From NCBI GenBank assembly GCA_047495785.1, contig JBLDXI010000009.1, positions 2,170,001 through 2,234,000 on the forward strand: a stretch of DNA of 64,000 bases, in the 5' to 3' direction. A program made the position numbers and the translations under genes. The notes under the pieces were generated by a model. It ran no database searches. It had not been told where the DNA came from and saw nothing but the letters and a program-made list of their open reading frames with translations. How positions within the stretch are numbered: position 1 is the stretch's first letter; each line of letters opens with the position of its first letter. Source of the DNA: Lepidodermella squamata (Eukaryota; Animalia; Gastrotricha). This document shows positions 1 through 11,902 of the stretch, one piece after another.

Positions 1-273
1 AGCGAATAGCGCCCATGTCAAGCCGGAGTAACCACCTCCGTGGAGAAGAACTACCAGCAGCGATGCATCCGATGGACCGCAAGAATGGATTTTGAATGAA
101 GAGCCTGGATCGTCCTCGAATTTGATATCCTGAGAATCGCTGAAATATGTTGTCCAAGGCAGTGGGGTGAAATCGACCTCCCGCCTACCAGCCCCGGCGC
201 CTCGACCAGGTGGGCCTCGGGGCGGCAACCGATGACCATCTCCAAGCGCCGATTTCAGAAGTGGAGAAGCCAT
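1..273 (-). CDS. PPME1: Protein phosphatase methylesterase 1 (PME-1), 5' part; runs off the window
   Basis: Not in the ORF track. Manual translation from ATG 273: MASPLLKSALGDGHRLPPRGPPG...DFTPLPWTTYFSD...LVVLLHGGGYSGLTWALFA, matching the PME-1 N-terminus (DFSPVPWSQYF; LLLHGGGHSALSW). Confidence 0.9.
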   Translation of the reverse strand, partial: MASPLLKSALGDGHRLPPRGPPGRGAGAGRREVDFTPLPWTTYFSDSQDIKFEDDPGSSFKIHSCGPSDASLLVVLLHGGGYSGLTWALFA

Positions 274-409
274 TAATAAAATATCTAATCGAAAAATCAG
301 AGAAAGTTTACAATCACCAACTTAAATCTAGATATAAAAACGCAAATTGAGCTCATGCTATTCTGAGATTGCTACAAAAATATCGAGGCAGGCAGCAATA
401 CAAAAAGAA

Positions 410-3033
410 TCATATTTTCCGCCTAGATTTCGCTGCTGGGACAAAATCTTCATCCTCAGCAATAAAATCGGCGAGATCCTCGCTCGTGTAGTCATAGGAG
501 ATTGTTGAAGCGTTACTCGATGAGGGTTTTACTTCATCGGCATCTGCGCCATCTGAATTCGCTAGCAATTCTAATACATCACCGGGAATTTCTTCAGGTC
601 GATCTTTCGGATGAACGTAATCGGTTATGAGAGCCTGATTATCAGCCTAGAATGATCCAAAATTAAGATGGAAATCTTCAATCTAATTATGGCCTCACAT
701 TAAATTCGTCAACTTTCATCTCCGAAAATGATTCTTTCGTCAAGCCAGCTTTTGAGAGAGTTGTCAGCTTATTTTGAACCATGCTCCTATTAAAGATGAG
801 TTCATCAAAGAAACGAGTCGGTTTTCCAGTAACTAACCAAACAACATCGTCAGAAGTGTTTTTAGCGATCAAATATTGAACATTCACACAGTTCCTCTGG
901 CCAATACGATGGCATCGATCTTCGGCTTGGACAAGTATCTATGATTTGAAACACAATTTGGACTTGGCTTTAACAAATGAGGGTTCGAAATTACCCCAGG
1001 GTTCCAGAAGAGTTCGGCGAAAACAACGAGAGATGCCACAGACATGTCGATGCCAGTGGCAGCTGCTGTTATAGAAAGTAAAGATACTCGACATTCGTCA
1101 CTTCTAGCGAATCGATGGATGCAATTGAGCCGCTCTTCGCTAGAAACAGTGCCGTCAATTCGAATATATCCAACACCCTTCAAACGCAAAATATAATTTC
1201 TATAATTTTGAAGTTTAAAACGTTAATACCTCTTCATTCATGAGGTGCTCGATAGCATCGAGCATTTCCATATGATGGGCAAATACAACAAACTTCCTAT
1301 TAGGATCTTGCAGCAAGTCGGAAATGTAGCATCTAACAGCTTGAAGCTTGATTTTCGCAGTTTCATGAAAATACCGCATTAGCGCTGCCCGGAAAGCATT
1401 TTTCTAAAAACACGAGGCTTGATTTAGCATCCAATTTGCAAAAATCAAAGTAAATCACTTACGTCATTCTTCGCTGCGTCGCAAACATTTGCAGCGTTAT
1501 TGAATTCTTTGCTGGATTTCACGGCAGAGGGATCCAATATTACGATTTGGCGCATTTTCGCCGGCAGCTGATCCAGCACGTCTTTCTTAATCCGCCTGAA
1601 TAAAATTACCCATCAAAAGATTTGAGGAACCAATTTGCTCATATATAAAAACCTGATCATTGCCACGTGCTCCATGACAATTTGAAGTTCTCGCATATTT
1701 GAAGACCCGGAATAATCGACGCCCCACTGCTTCGGTTTCGGGTCACAATATCGATCTCCAAAAGGCTTGAAAGCCGAAAACACATCGGGTCGAACGGCTT
1801 GCAGCTGGGTGAAAAGCTCGTTTGGCCGTGATAACGCAGGAGTTCCAGACAAGAGTACTACTCTTTTGCAGCTCTGATAGGCAATAGTTGAGTAAAATTA
1901 TATGGGGTGCAAAGTTGAATTAACCTTTAAAACTTGAAGCGCGGCTTTGGTCCGCGCTGAAGTTGGGCATTTTATCATGTGAGATTCGTCCAAAATAGCG
2001 ACTCGAAGTCGCCTTTCTGAAAGCTCGTCTTTTCGTTTCAAAACCATTTCATATGACGCGATTATAACTTTGTTGTCCGGGTAAATCATGTCTTTTGCCG
2101 TTTCAATGACTTGGATCGTTTCTCCTTTGCCCAAAAACGGAAGCCATCGACATAGCGCCTAATTTACATCAATTATCCTTCGATCAGTGATAAAAAATAA
2201 AAAGTTGAACTTACTTCCTGCCAAACGTACTTCACTGAGGAAGGAACGATGATTAGTAGCGGCCATTCGGCGAAATAGTAAGCAGCAAGGCCTATGCCTT
2301 GAATAGTTTTTCCGAGACCCATGTCGTCGGCTATCAAAACTCTGCCATTATGTCGAATCCCAAACATGATGCCATCCCTTTGAAAAGGCATCAGAGCATT
2401 CACTAGTTTTTCACCCAATATCGAAAGATCGATTGGTTCAGACTCGGGAAGAACTGCTCCGTTTCTTTTAGCAATCAAGCTTACTACATACTGAGGCAGC
2501 GCCGTGATCTGAACAGCTGGAACGGCACGGGCTAGTTGCAAAAATTTGGAATAATCCGTCAAATCGAAGTTCCACTTTTTGCTAACAGGATCGTAAACTT
2601 TCGAAGGGATTTGTTTCATTATGTTCACGATATCTTGGTTATAACCAACATCGACTTCAAATCGTGATATTGATAGCAGCTGGATGCTGCCGAAAACTAC
2701 TGGAGCTTTTTTGACGGGAGCAGCGGATGCTGGAGCAACTGGTTTAGTTGGAAGGCTTGTGCCTGATTGTTGGGGAAGCGCAGGCCGAGGGTTTGAATAA
2801 AACGAAATCGGTTTAACTGGTTGAGCAGGTCGTTCGACATTGTTAAACGAAGGTGCTCGGGGCACCAATGCAGGAATGTTAGCAACTCCGTTGTTTGTCG
2901 AGTTAATTTTGGCGGCATCACTTAGAGGCGGTGGATGTTTCACAGGTGATGCTTGTTTCTCTTGCAAACGTTTCAGAGCTTTCAGTCTGTTTTCTTCGAT
3001 ACGCTGCCGCTGCTCGGCCGTCAATTCACTCAT
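410..3033 (-). CDS. SMARCAL1: SMARCAL1/HARP SNF2-family annealing helicase (multi-exon)
   Basis: N-terminal RPA-binding motif [17 protein letters not shown], one HARP domain (RFEVDVGY...[10 protein letters not shown]), [46 protein letters not shown]. Short introns; stop TGA at 410-412. Confidence 0.95.
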
Positions 3034-3244
3034 TGTTAAGTAAAATTACTACTCTCAATAATGAAACGACAGTCTTAGGCAAACAATATCTTGATTTTAA
3101 TCGTAAAAAAAATCAACTAGAACGGTATTAAATAGCGCAACAGATTTGTCGGGCGTCAAACGCAACACTTTAAAGCAGCAACAATCGGATTCATAATGGA
3201 TTAGAACACTCCAAGAATTTGATTGTATAAATATTTTGCATAGA

Positions 3245-4050
3245 TTACGCAATGTTTATAACAGCATCATGGGCATTAGCGTGATGACTGTGGAGATTGC
3301 TTTCGGTCCTCGCAGGAGGATAGATTGACTGTACCATTTGGTGAGCGGAGTTTATGTCTTGTAATAATGTCTCAAGCTCTGCGATCTTGGAAGCATTCGT
3401 GTTGTATGTATGCCTGATAAGACTTCGGTAGAATTGGATGCCGAATACAAGGGCCACAGCTACCACCGGAACAATGAGAAGACTCGAAAATAGAGCAGGA
3501 AAATATGGCTTTTCCGCCTGGGAGTAACAAAGTTTGATCCAAATAATGACCAGCAGTTCGCTAAAAAACAGAACGATACCTGAAGGGCAAAATTGATCAA
3601 ATAACATGACAAATGGAATAAAATTTTGAGTGACTAACCAACAGCAGTTGATAAGATCCAAGACAGTGATATGTAAAATCGCATGCGCTGAAGAATGTCG
3701 ACTGATTGCGGACGAGCAGCAAGAAAATGGAGCTCTTTCAGAGGCTGAACGTGAGGTGCGATGCAAATACTCAGCAGTAGGGCTATGAGATGCACTGTAA
3801 CTAGAAGAACGGTCATTCCACCGTATACACATAACAGAGGTAACGGCAATCGGTCAGGTAAGGTTATCTCGACGAGGGTGACGATTGCAAAACCTGCAAG
3901 CAATGCTGAGGTTCTGCTGACAGCCTTCAGCTTATTTGTAGTAACATCAACGTCTTTCCATTGTAATAGTAATCGTTCCTTTTCATTTTGAGGCATCAAA
4001 TTTATAGCATCTTTAATCTGCGACACCGTGGGATCATGAAAAGTATCCAT
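3245..4050 (-). CDS. ORAI: Orai/CRAC calcium channel subunit (2 coding exons)
   Basis: TM1 KLKAVSRTSALLAGFAIVTLVE (E106 equivalent), TM2 LLVTVHLIALLLSICI, TM3 GIVLFFSEL, TM4 VFGIQFYRSL; intron at about 3580-3638. Confidence 0.92.
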
Positions 4051-4827
4051 CCTAGAAAGTACAGAAATTCAAATAGGTATCAAATATTAAAAAATCATTG
4101 CCGGGACACAAAACACAAAAGTCAAATGCATTCAAATCTGCGGGTCTCCCTTACCAGCGAATAGTTATACCTACAATAGTTGCACTTGTATAAATGTGGC
4201 TCATGGGGAGAAAATTGTCGAAATAATAAACATGGAAGAGAATTATGAGTTATGCATCAAAAAGATCAGTCCGAAACTGATGACAAATGATTAAGTTGAA
4301 TTTTCAGTTTCTGCGTTGTGAACGGACAGTTGGGATGCACTATACATTGCGGTAGGAGAATCCTCAGGGCGCGATTTTCAAACTAAAAGCGCCACACGCC
4401 GCACAAACGGTAAAGTAAGATGTATCAGCTTTGAGGTTTCTATCACCTATCACGATGAGTGATTTAACCTCTGAAACGGAATATCATCTCATACAATAAA
4501 GTGCAAAACACTAATCTTGATTCTTTGAAGATAGGGAAAAGTTCAGCACAGGGCAAGCCCCAAGCCCAAGGCCAAAGACGCAGACTGGAGACTGGCTGAT
4601 ATGAATTTGAATGAATTTGAATATGAATTTGATTCATTTACTATCACTTTTCACCCTTTCCCGTACGACGGACGACGGAAAGTTCTGAAGTAATAACATG
4701 TTTGCAAGTGATTGAAAAACGAACAAAAAACTTATTTCTTTACTGAACGATCACCGATGCGAGTAACAAATCTATAACGCAATAGCAAGGGATTGACGTG
4801 TCAAGTAAATATATGAGCATATCGAGC

Positions 4828-6360
4828 ATCTCACTTCATCTCAGTGCTGTCCGACTTGTATCAAAACAGCTTTGCCCGTCTCCGTGTCGGTAAATCATCA
4901 ACTGAGCCGTTCGACCTAGAGCAAGGCGTTAAACAAGGTGACGCTCTATCGCCACTCCTCTTCTCCATACTGATCAGCGACTTGCCGGACTTCCTTTCAA
5001 AATGCGGCGTCAATAGCGAGGCAAAAATCAACAACGAGACGGCGCTAGCGGCACTGAAATTTGCTGATGATACCACTGGTCTTTCCAGAAGTGTCGCTAA
5101 TATGCAAAGACTAATCAACGCTGTCGACAGTTTCGCTAAACTCCGTGGTATGGAAATTAACACGTCCAAAACGAAGATTGTTATCTTTTGCAAACGGCGC
5201 ACTGACTTTATCTTGTCTATTGCCAAGGCTTTCTCGCTCAACGGTATCCAAATCGAGTGCGTATGGACGTTCAAATACCTTGGAATTCCGCTTGCATTCA
5301 ACCTGAACTGGAGAGAGGCCACCTCAACAGGTATATCTCGCGGTCTAACGACCTTTGCGGCGATAAAGAGGAGAGGGATCCACATTGCTCAACTGAAAAG
5401 GTCACAGTTGGACACACTGATCGATGTAAAGATATATGGCTCAGCACTGTATGGCGCTCAGTTGTGGGGCGCCTTTACCGGAGCGGACATCGATAGGCCG
5501 TTGCTTAGAACCCACAAGCTAGCCTGGGGACTTAACTCCTGTACTTCGAACATAAGGACGTCTTGCGAACTGGGGCTAAAGTCGAAAACGACGCAAGCCC
5601 GCATGATGAGTACCGCCTTCTTCCTCAAGTTGAGTAACAGCCGCAATGCGCTGGCAAGAGCGGCTTTCTCAGGGTTACTAGAAAATGACTACAAATTCAA
5701 CCCGATCATCAGGGTCTCCCAACTCCTACGAGCCAGCGCACCCAATTTCGAATGGATTACTGGCCTGTCGCCGCGAGAAATGGCCTCGATGGAACGCTCT
5801 TTACAGGAAAAGGCGGCAATGTTGACAGAGCAGCAAACAATGGAGTGCATGAGGGATAAATACATCATTGGCCCGAGCCTATCGTTTGGCAGCTTGGAGA
5901 AATATGGAACCAGCCTGCGGAAGGATCTAACGAGGGTTGTTGTCCAAATTAGAACCGGTTCTGCCTTCAAACCATTTAAATTGATATCAAAAGGGGCCTC
6001 TACCATCTGCTGTATTGAGTGCGGCGCACCGGTGCTGATCTCAATGGTAACGGAACACCTGACTGAAGACTGCGCTGGCTGCCCCGTTCCCTCGGTCTTC
6101 AGAGCAATGCATCTTCAAAATGTCAACCTATGGGATATTGCAAATGACACGGAGAGGAGGCTACTTGTCACCGCCCTGAAGAAATCGCTGCAGAAGTTCA
6201 AATCTGTTTATTATTCAAATGTTATAATTTTAAATAATAATGTGTGAAAAGTAGACTAAGTTGTATTATGTAACTCTGCTAGTTCGCTATATCTACTGAG
6301 TACTATTTTTTTGATTGGATCAGTGATCGGTCAATAAAGAAACGATTGTTGTTGTTGTTG
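4828..6360 (+). mobile_element. 5'-truncated non-LTR retrotransposon (LINE; RTE/CR1-L2-like), with (TTG)n tail and TSD
   Basis: RT motifs GVKQGDALSPLLF, KFADD, FKYLG; C-terminal CxxC...H...C; AATAAA followed by TTGTTGTTGTTGTTG; flanked by GCATATCGAGC at 4817-4827 and 6360-6370. Confidence 0.93.
4829..6247 (+). CDS. LINE ORF2 C-terminal half (reverse transcriptase), open from the truncation point
   Basis: Uninterrupted frame SHFISVLSDLYQNSF...; the ORF track gives 4844..6247. Confidence 0.88.
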   Translation, partial: SHFISVLSDLYQNSFARLRVGKSSTEPFDLEQGVKQGDALSPLLFSILISDLPDFLSKCGVNSEAKINNETALAALKFADDTTGLSRSVANMQRLINAVDSFAKLRGMEINTSKTKIVIFCKRRTDFILSIAKAFSLNGIQIECVWTFKYLGIPLAFNLNWREATSTGISRGLTTFAAIKRRGIHIAQLKRSQLDTLIDVKIYGSALYGAQLWGAFTGADIDRPLLRTHKLAWGLNSCTSNIRTSCELGLKSKTTQARMMSTAFFLKLSNSRNALARAAFSGLLENDYKFNPIIRVSQLLRASAPNFEWITGLSPREMASMERSLQEKAAMLTEQQTMECMRDKYIIGPSLSFGSLEKYGTSLRKDLTRVVVQIRTGSAFKPFKLISKGASTICCIECGAPVLISMVTEHLTEDCAGCPVPSVFRAMHLQNVNLWDIANDTERRLLVTALKKSLQKFKSVYYSNVIILNNNV

Positions 6361-6642
6361 CATATCGAGCCAAGTCCCAGTTTTCGAAAAAAAATCCAAG
6401 TAGCAGGCAATTTTTCACGTATATTACGCACCATATCATCGTAATCATCAAAGATAGCTTCGTTGATCTAAAAAATGAAATGTCGTAAAATCAAATTTTT
6501 TTGTTGCCCGCGAAAAAAAGTTCGCCGGCTGCTCGCGGGGTCAGTTTTGCGTTTTTGCTCTTTTGACGTGGGTGAGAAACTTGGCTTCGCTTAGTTTGCC
6601 GTTTGTCATCGGCTTTAGTTACATCGTTTGAAAAAGTTTAGA

Positions 6643-9600
6643 ATGAGCTTTCTAACATCCTCGAAGAAGAGCTCTATTGAAATGGAGCGTGAGCGCTTCG
6701 AGCATATGCAGGCTGCCAGTATTCAGAAAGCCATCAATTCCGGGGAAAATCCTGTGAAAGAAAAACATTCACGTAACGCGGTTTTGGCCTCCTTTGAAGA
6801 CAGAGGTGCTGGACTATTCTGGAGCCTCGTCTCGCGATTACCATTGCAAGGTATATATTTTCTATCCCCGGATTAATGCAATTGTATCTAATGCCATAAT
6901 TCCCGATTCGTTATTTAGCTGACCAGGTTGTTTGTTGGAAATTCTGTCATGTTTTGCATCGATTGCTGAGAGAAGGACATCAACAAGTTATTCCTGATTC
7001 AATCAGATGGATAGATCGTTTGATTGAGCTGGGGAAGCTATGGGCTCACCTTCGTGATGGGTATTCATTAATATTTTTTAGTTGCGTAATGACTTACCTT
7101 ATCAATCTCACAGATTTGGACCGTTGAATGATGCTTACGTTCGACTGTTGGTGCAGCGGCTCAAGTTTCACAAGAAAAATCCCGATATACCGGGAAATTT
7201 TCATTTGTCAGAGTCTAACGTGGAAAGGCTTGTCACAAAAGCTGATGTCAATGTTCAGTTCGAGGTAGTTCTCGACATGATGGACTACCTTGACGAAATT
7301 TTGAACCTTGGAAATGTTTGCTTTCGTTAATGCCGATTTGCATTTTTATATCAATTTGACTTCATTAGAAAATATTCCAATCTATCGACTCCGCCCGCCT
7401 GAATTCGATGACAGTTCAAGGGCAGTGTCGCTTGGCTCCTTTAATTTTTAGTATCCAAGACTCTTGCTCTCTATACGACTACATGGTTCGGTTGATGTTT
7501 GAACTTCACAGAAGTAATCATTATTTATTAATTTTAAGCAAAATAATTTGAATCATTCCGTTGCATCTTAGGAATATCCCCTGATTCGCTTAGCGATCAT
7601 CGACGCAGATTCTCGACTATATTTAATGAGTTGAAAAAATTCTACGAGAAACTACTGAACATGCAATATTTTAAAAACCTGGTTCAAATTCCTTCTCTTC
7701 CGGAGGTTTGATGACATTTAATATTAGCATGTGCTGTTATTTAATTCAATCAATTTATAGAAATGTCCAGATTTTCTTTCGTACGCCAACTTACAAAAGC
7801 ATCAGACGCCTGTTGTTGTTTTGAGGGAAGAAGAATCCCCTGTTAACGCGGAACCTGCTGCGCCACCAAAACCTGCGGTGGATCCATTTTTAGTTGATTT
7901 ATCAGCTCCAGCTCCTGTGGTTCAATCTCAACCGAAAAATTTGTTTGCAGACGATCCTTTCACTGCTCCCCCTAAAACTGAGACGTCGCGTCAAAACGGA
8001 TCAGCTGATACGTCCCGTGAGAAAGTTATGATTGAACAGTTAACAGCGTCAATGCGAGACCTGGAAACTCGTCTTGAATTTGCTATTAACGAAATAAGTG
8101 GAAGAGATGCTCATATTGAAGAGCTCACCACTGAAAGACAGCGATTGAGTTTCGAACTTGAACACCTTCGAAATGAGCTGGAGCAGTTGAAAAAGCAGGT
8201 CGAAGCTGCTGAACGTGTCAAACAAGAAGCTGTTGCTGCGGTGGAGGCTAAATTTCAGAAGCTCAAGGACTTGCACAAACAACTGACGGATGAGCACGTT
8301 GCTTTACTGCGGCAACATGGCGAATTGAAAAAGAATTTAACTGCTTCTCAAAACAACACCAAGCAACTTGAGGCTAAATTAGCCGAATTGGTCAGGCAGC
8401 GAGAAGCCCACGATGATGCGTTTAAGCAGGGTAGCGAACAAACTGCAGCTCTGCAAAGTGTAATTACAACACTTGAAGCAAGAAACACTGAATTGGCCGG
8501 GCAGGTAAATAACGCCGAGGCTTCTGCTCGTCAACTAGGAGGAAAGCTCAAGTCGTGGCCGGACCAAGTCATGTCACTCATTGCAGCAGAAGAAATAAAG
8601 GATATTCAAAGATCCATTACTCTGATTTCATCAGAAGAGGCTTTCAATGGACTATCTTGCCCGCCAAATTATCTTCAAACGTGTTTGACCGATTTTGCCG
8701 CGAGAATGGACGAATTTCGTAGCTCTGGCGAAGCGTACGCTAGTGGAGACAGAGAAAGTGTGTTATTTGCCGTCTTCATTATTCGATCGATTTACTTTAT
8801 TTTTATGCAGACTTGTGGCAGTCTTTCGGCTCGGCAATTCACACATTTGGGCGAGATGCTTGTGCTCTATTGGTCGCTCTCAAGTGTGTTTCCAATTCAG
8901 ATGTTGACTTGGCAGATGCTCTGGCCGCCTGCGCCACTGGTTTATCTGGCCTGTCGACCGCCTGTCTACAAGCAGTTGTTGACAGTATGTTTTAATAAGG
9001 AGAGGCATGTTTACCTTGGCATATTTCACGCGCTTGTGTTTGCAGAAAACATCGCAGCTGCCCTAAGTGCGTTGGAGCCGTGTCGCCTGTCGACCTCTGA
9101 AGCCTCTGAACATGCAAAGAGGCTTATGCCACGCGGGGCAGACATGCGCCCCGAAGATTTGTCCGACCTATTGGAAAACGAAATGCAAAGTATGCATGAA
9201 GCTATTGAAGTCGCCTCCTCGAAGATTGAGGTCTTGAAAAATTGAAAATGCGAAATCCTCCTTAACGAATTTTTTAATTTCAGGAAATGTTGAACCGGTC
9301 TCGAGAGTCAGCTACTGGTGTTAGACTTGAGGTCAACGAACGTATTTTGGATGCTTGCACACAGTTGATGTTAGCTGTTCGTCAATTGATCATATCATCA
9401 CGTGATTTACAGCGAGAGATAACGTCTCATCAGCAAGGCGGATCGTTGAAAGAATATTATAACCGTAATAGTAAATGGACTGAAGGTCTTATTTCTGCTT
9501 CAAAATCAGTCGGATCCGCGGCTAATGGCCTTGTTAAATCCGCCGATAGCGCAATTGCCGGGTCTGGTGGCCGTTTAGAGGAGCTTATTGTATGGTCGCA

Positions 9601-10222
9601 AGAAATTGCAGCCTCGACTGTTCAACTGGTTTGCGCCAGCCGCGTTAAAGCCCCGGCTGAATCAGCAAAATTACCGTCACTGCTGACGTCTAGCCGAGGT
9701 GTCAGCCAGGCAACTGCGACTGTTGTTGGTCAGGTGAAAGCCTGCATTCGACTTCTCGACGAACAGGACACGCTGTCTGAATTGTCGAAATTATCGCTTC
9801 ACGACACGAAACGACGGGAAATGGATAGTCAAGTTCGTGTTTTGGAGCTCGAGTCGTTGCTGACTAAGGAACGCGAACGGCTTGCAGCCCTCAGACGTCA
9901 GCATTATCAACTAGCTGGCGAAAATAATGACGAAAACGGCAATGAAAATGTTAGTAATTCATTCGCGATTTTACATTAAATTTATTTCAATATTTGTTGA
10001 CGATATTGCCCAGCTTATGGATGGCTCTTTTGTTGAAAATGATTTGGCCGACGTAAAATTTGTTGAGGTGTCAGCTGTTTTCTATAGTTTGCATTTATTT
10101 CGATTGAATGCATGGGTTGAATCCTCGAAAATAATTTGATTACTTTATTAACTGCATGATAATTTGAAAAATAATTTAGCTGATATTTAAACAAGTTTTT
10201 TCTGTTTCAGGGAGCGAAATAA
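6643..10222 (+). CDS. HIP1: Huntingtin-interacting protein 1 / HIP1R / Sla2 (ANTH, coiled coil, I/LWEQ)
   Basis: SIQKAINSGENPVKEKHSR, VVCWKFCHVLHRLLREGH, NSMTVQGQCRLAPLI, LEVNERILDAC, YYNRNSKWTEGLISASK, QEIAASTVQLVCASRVKA, REMDSQVRVLELE. Last mini-exon 10211-10222. Confidence 0.93.
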
Positions 10223-11902
10223 TGGACGAGCCATGGTGCTACCAACTACCAATTTATATAATGATGGACAGATTTAACCTTACAAAATACAATCGCCGAC
10301 ATTCTGCTTATTTGTAATCATTGCTAAGATTCCAACCATCTCGTAAATTCTGAGTTGTGAATTACTTATCTATCACATTAATAAATGACCAGAGCTGCTG
10401 TTCTTACTGTAGCCTGATATTATCCACCTTGTTTTCTTCAACGGCTTTGGTTCGGGAAAGTTCTCTCTTGCTCTTCTCTTCTCTTTCGAGTCGGTTTCTA
10501 GTCGCAATTTTTTACGCAGGCTTGAAGTATCAGTCACCAATTGAACCATGATGATCATCTCTTGCTTTGAGATATTTGTCGCTGACTAATATAATTCTAG
10601 CCATTCTGGAAAAAGCTTGCTTGCAACTGCGAACAACGAACAATCCAAGCCCTATCTGCTATAAATATTGTTACTTTTTCTATGTATGTACCGCGATTCT
10701 TAAGAAGGAACGCGTCAAGTGTAATGTAAACATTTCGATCGAGTAATTTATATACACATATCTATATATTTGTTGATGAATTATTTTCTTTGATTATTTC
10801 TGATTTTTTTTCTGAGCATTATCACGCTGGTTTTAGCACCTTTTCAATGTGCCTTTGTCGCGATTGAAAGAAACCACTCACACCTTGCTGCGTATATATA
10901 TTATATCTTTTATTGCCCAATTCAATCGAATGCTGGTAAAAACACAAACTGTTTGTTCATTTTCTGCTACACTTTGTCAGCTTTTCAAGATATGCTGTAA
11001 TAACAATAATTTATGACCGCCTGTTATCTATTGAAATTATTATGACCCTGCTATGTGACAGCATAGATAAATAAATACTTCTTTCATTGGAATGTGCAGG
11101 TTTTTTTGTCGCTAAATGACCGCCTTCCTTTGATGAATAGAGCTAAACGTGGGCGTTATCTCGTTAAAGACTAGACGAGTCATTCTGAGCTACGAAAAAA
11201 TGAAATCAGAAATCAGTGCATTGGAAAGCTCAACGAGCGGCGATCAGAGAGCCAGTGTGTTAATAATTAATGAAAATAAGAGTACTAAAAGCTGAATTCG
11301 AGCCACGCTGCGCCCGTGAGTAAAATTCGATGGCTTATTTCAGCGTGTAAGCCAACATAATTTTATTTAATGTTCTGCCGCATGCACACAATCTGGCGGT
11401 AGAGTCGTATATAATTTTTCTGAAGAAAAATATTGGATGAACAATTTGCCAAATTCATTAAACAAATCTAGAAAATGTTTGCACAGCTTTTTCCTGGCTC
11501 ACTTTAAAGAAGATACGCTACCCTGCATTTCTTGGAAAACTACCGGTATTATAGGCGTGAGACGATGGTTGCCTTCCCACCACAACCTGCGGTGATAACA
11601 TTTTTTCTGCTAATACGAATGGGGCGTTGGCGTCACTTGGGCTGGTCTTTTCGCCGATATGCTACCCAATGAGGAATGGGTACTATTATTTTCCGCCGAT
11701 AACATAAAACATTACTATTATCGAGATAATTACAATACGAACGTGACGCAAGTCGACTTTCTTCCCAACAATCAAATGGACTCGTTCATAGTAATAGTTT
11801 CGTACCCACCCACTTTTATGATAGCCGCTAACAGCGCACCTGTGGCCAGCAAAAACCTTGTTTTATTCTTACCAAAAATAGGTTTTCTAAAAAATATTCG
11901 CA

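Noticed and set aside
4599-4634. ATGAATTTGA x3 short tandem repeat
   Set aside because: Simple slippage repeat with no functional evidence.
10373-10655. Minus-strand DCSLFAVA... segment resembling a Ulp1-type TE protease tail
   Set aside because: One short motif, an in-frame stop and no other support.
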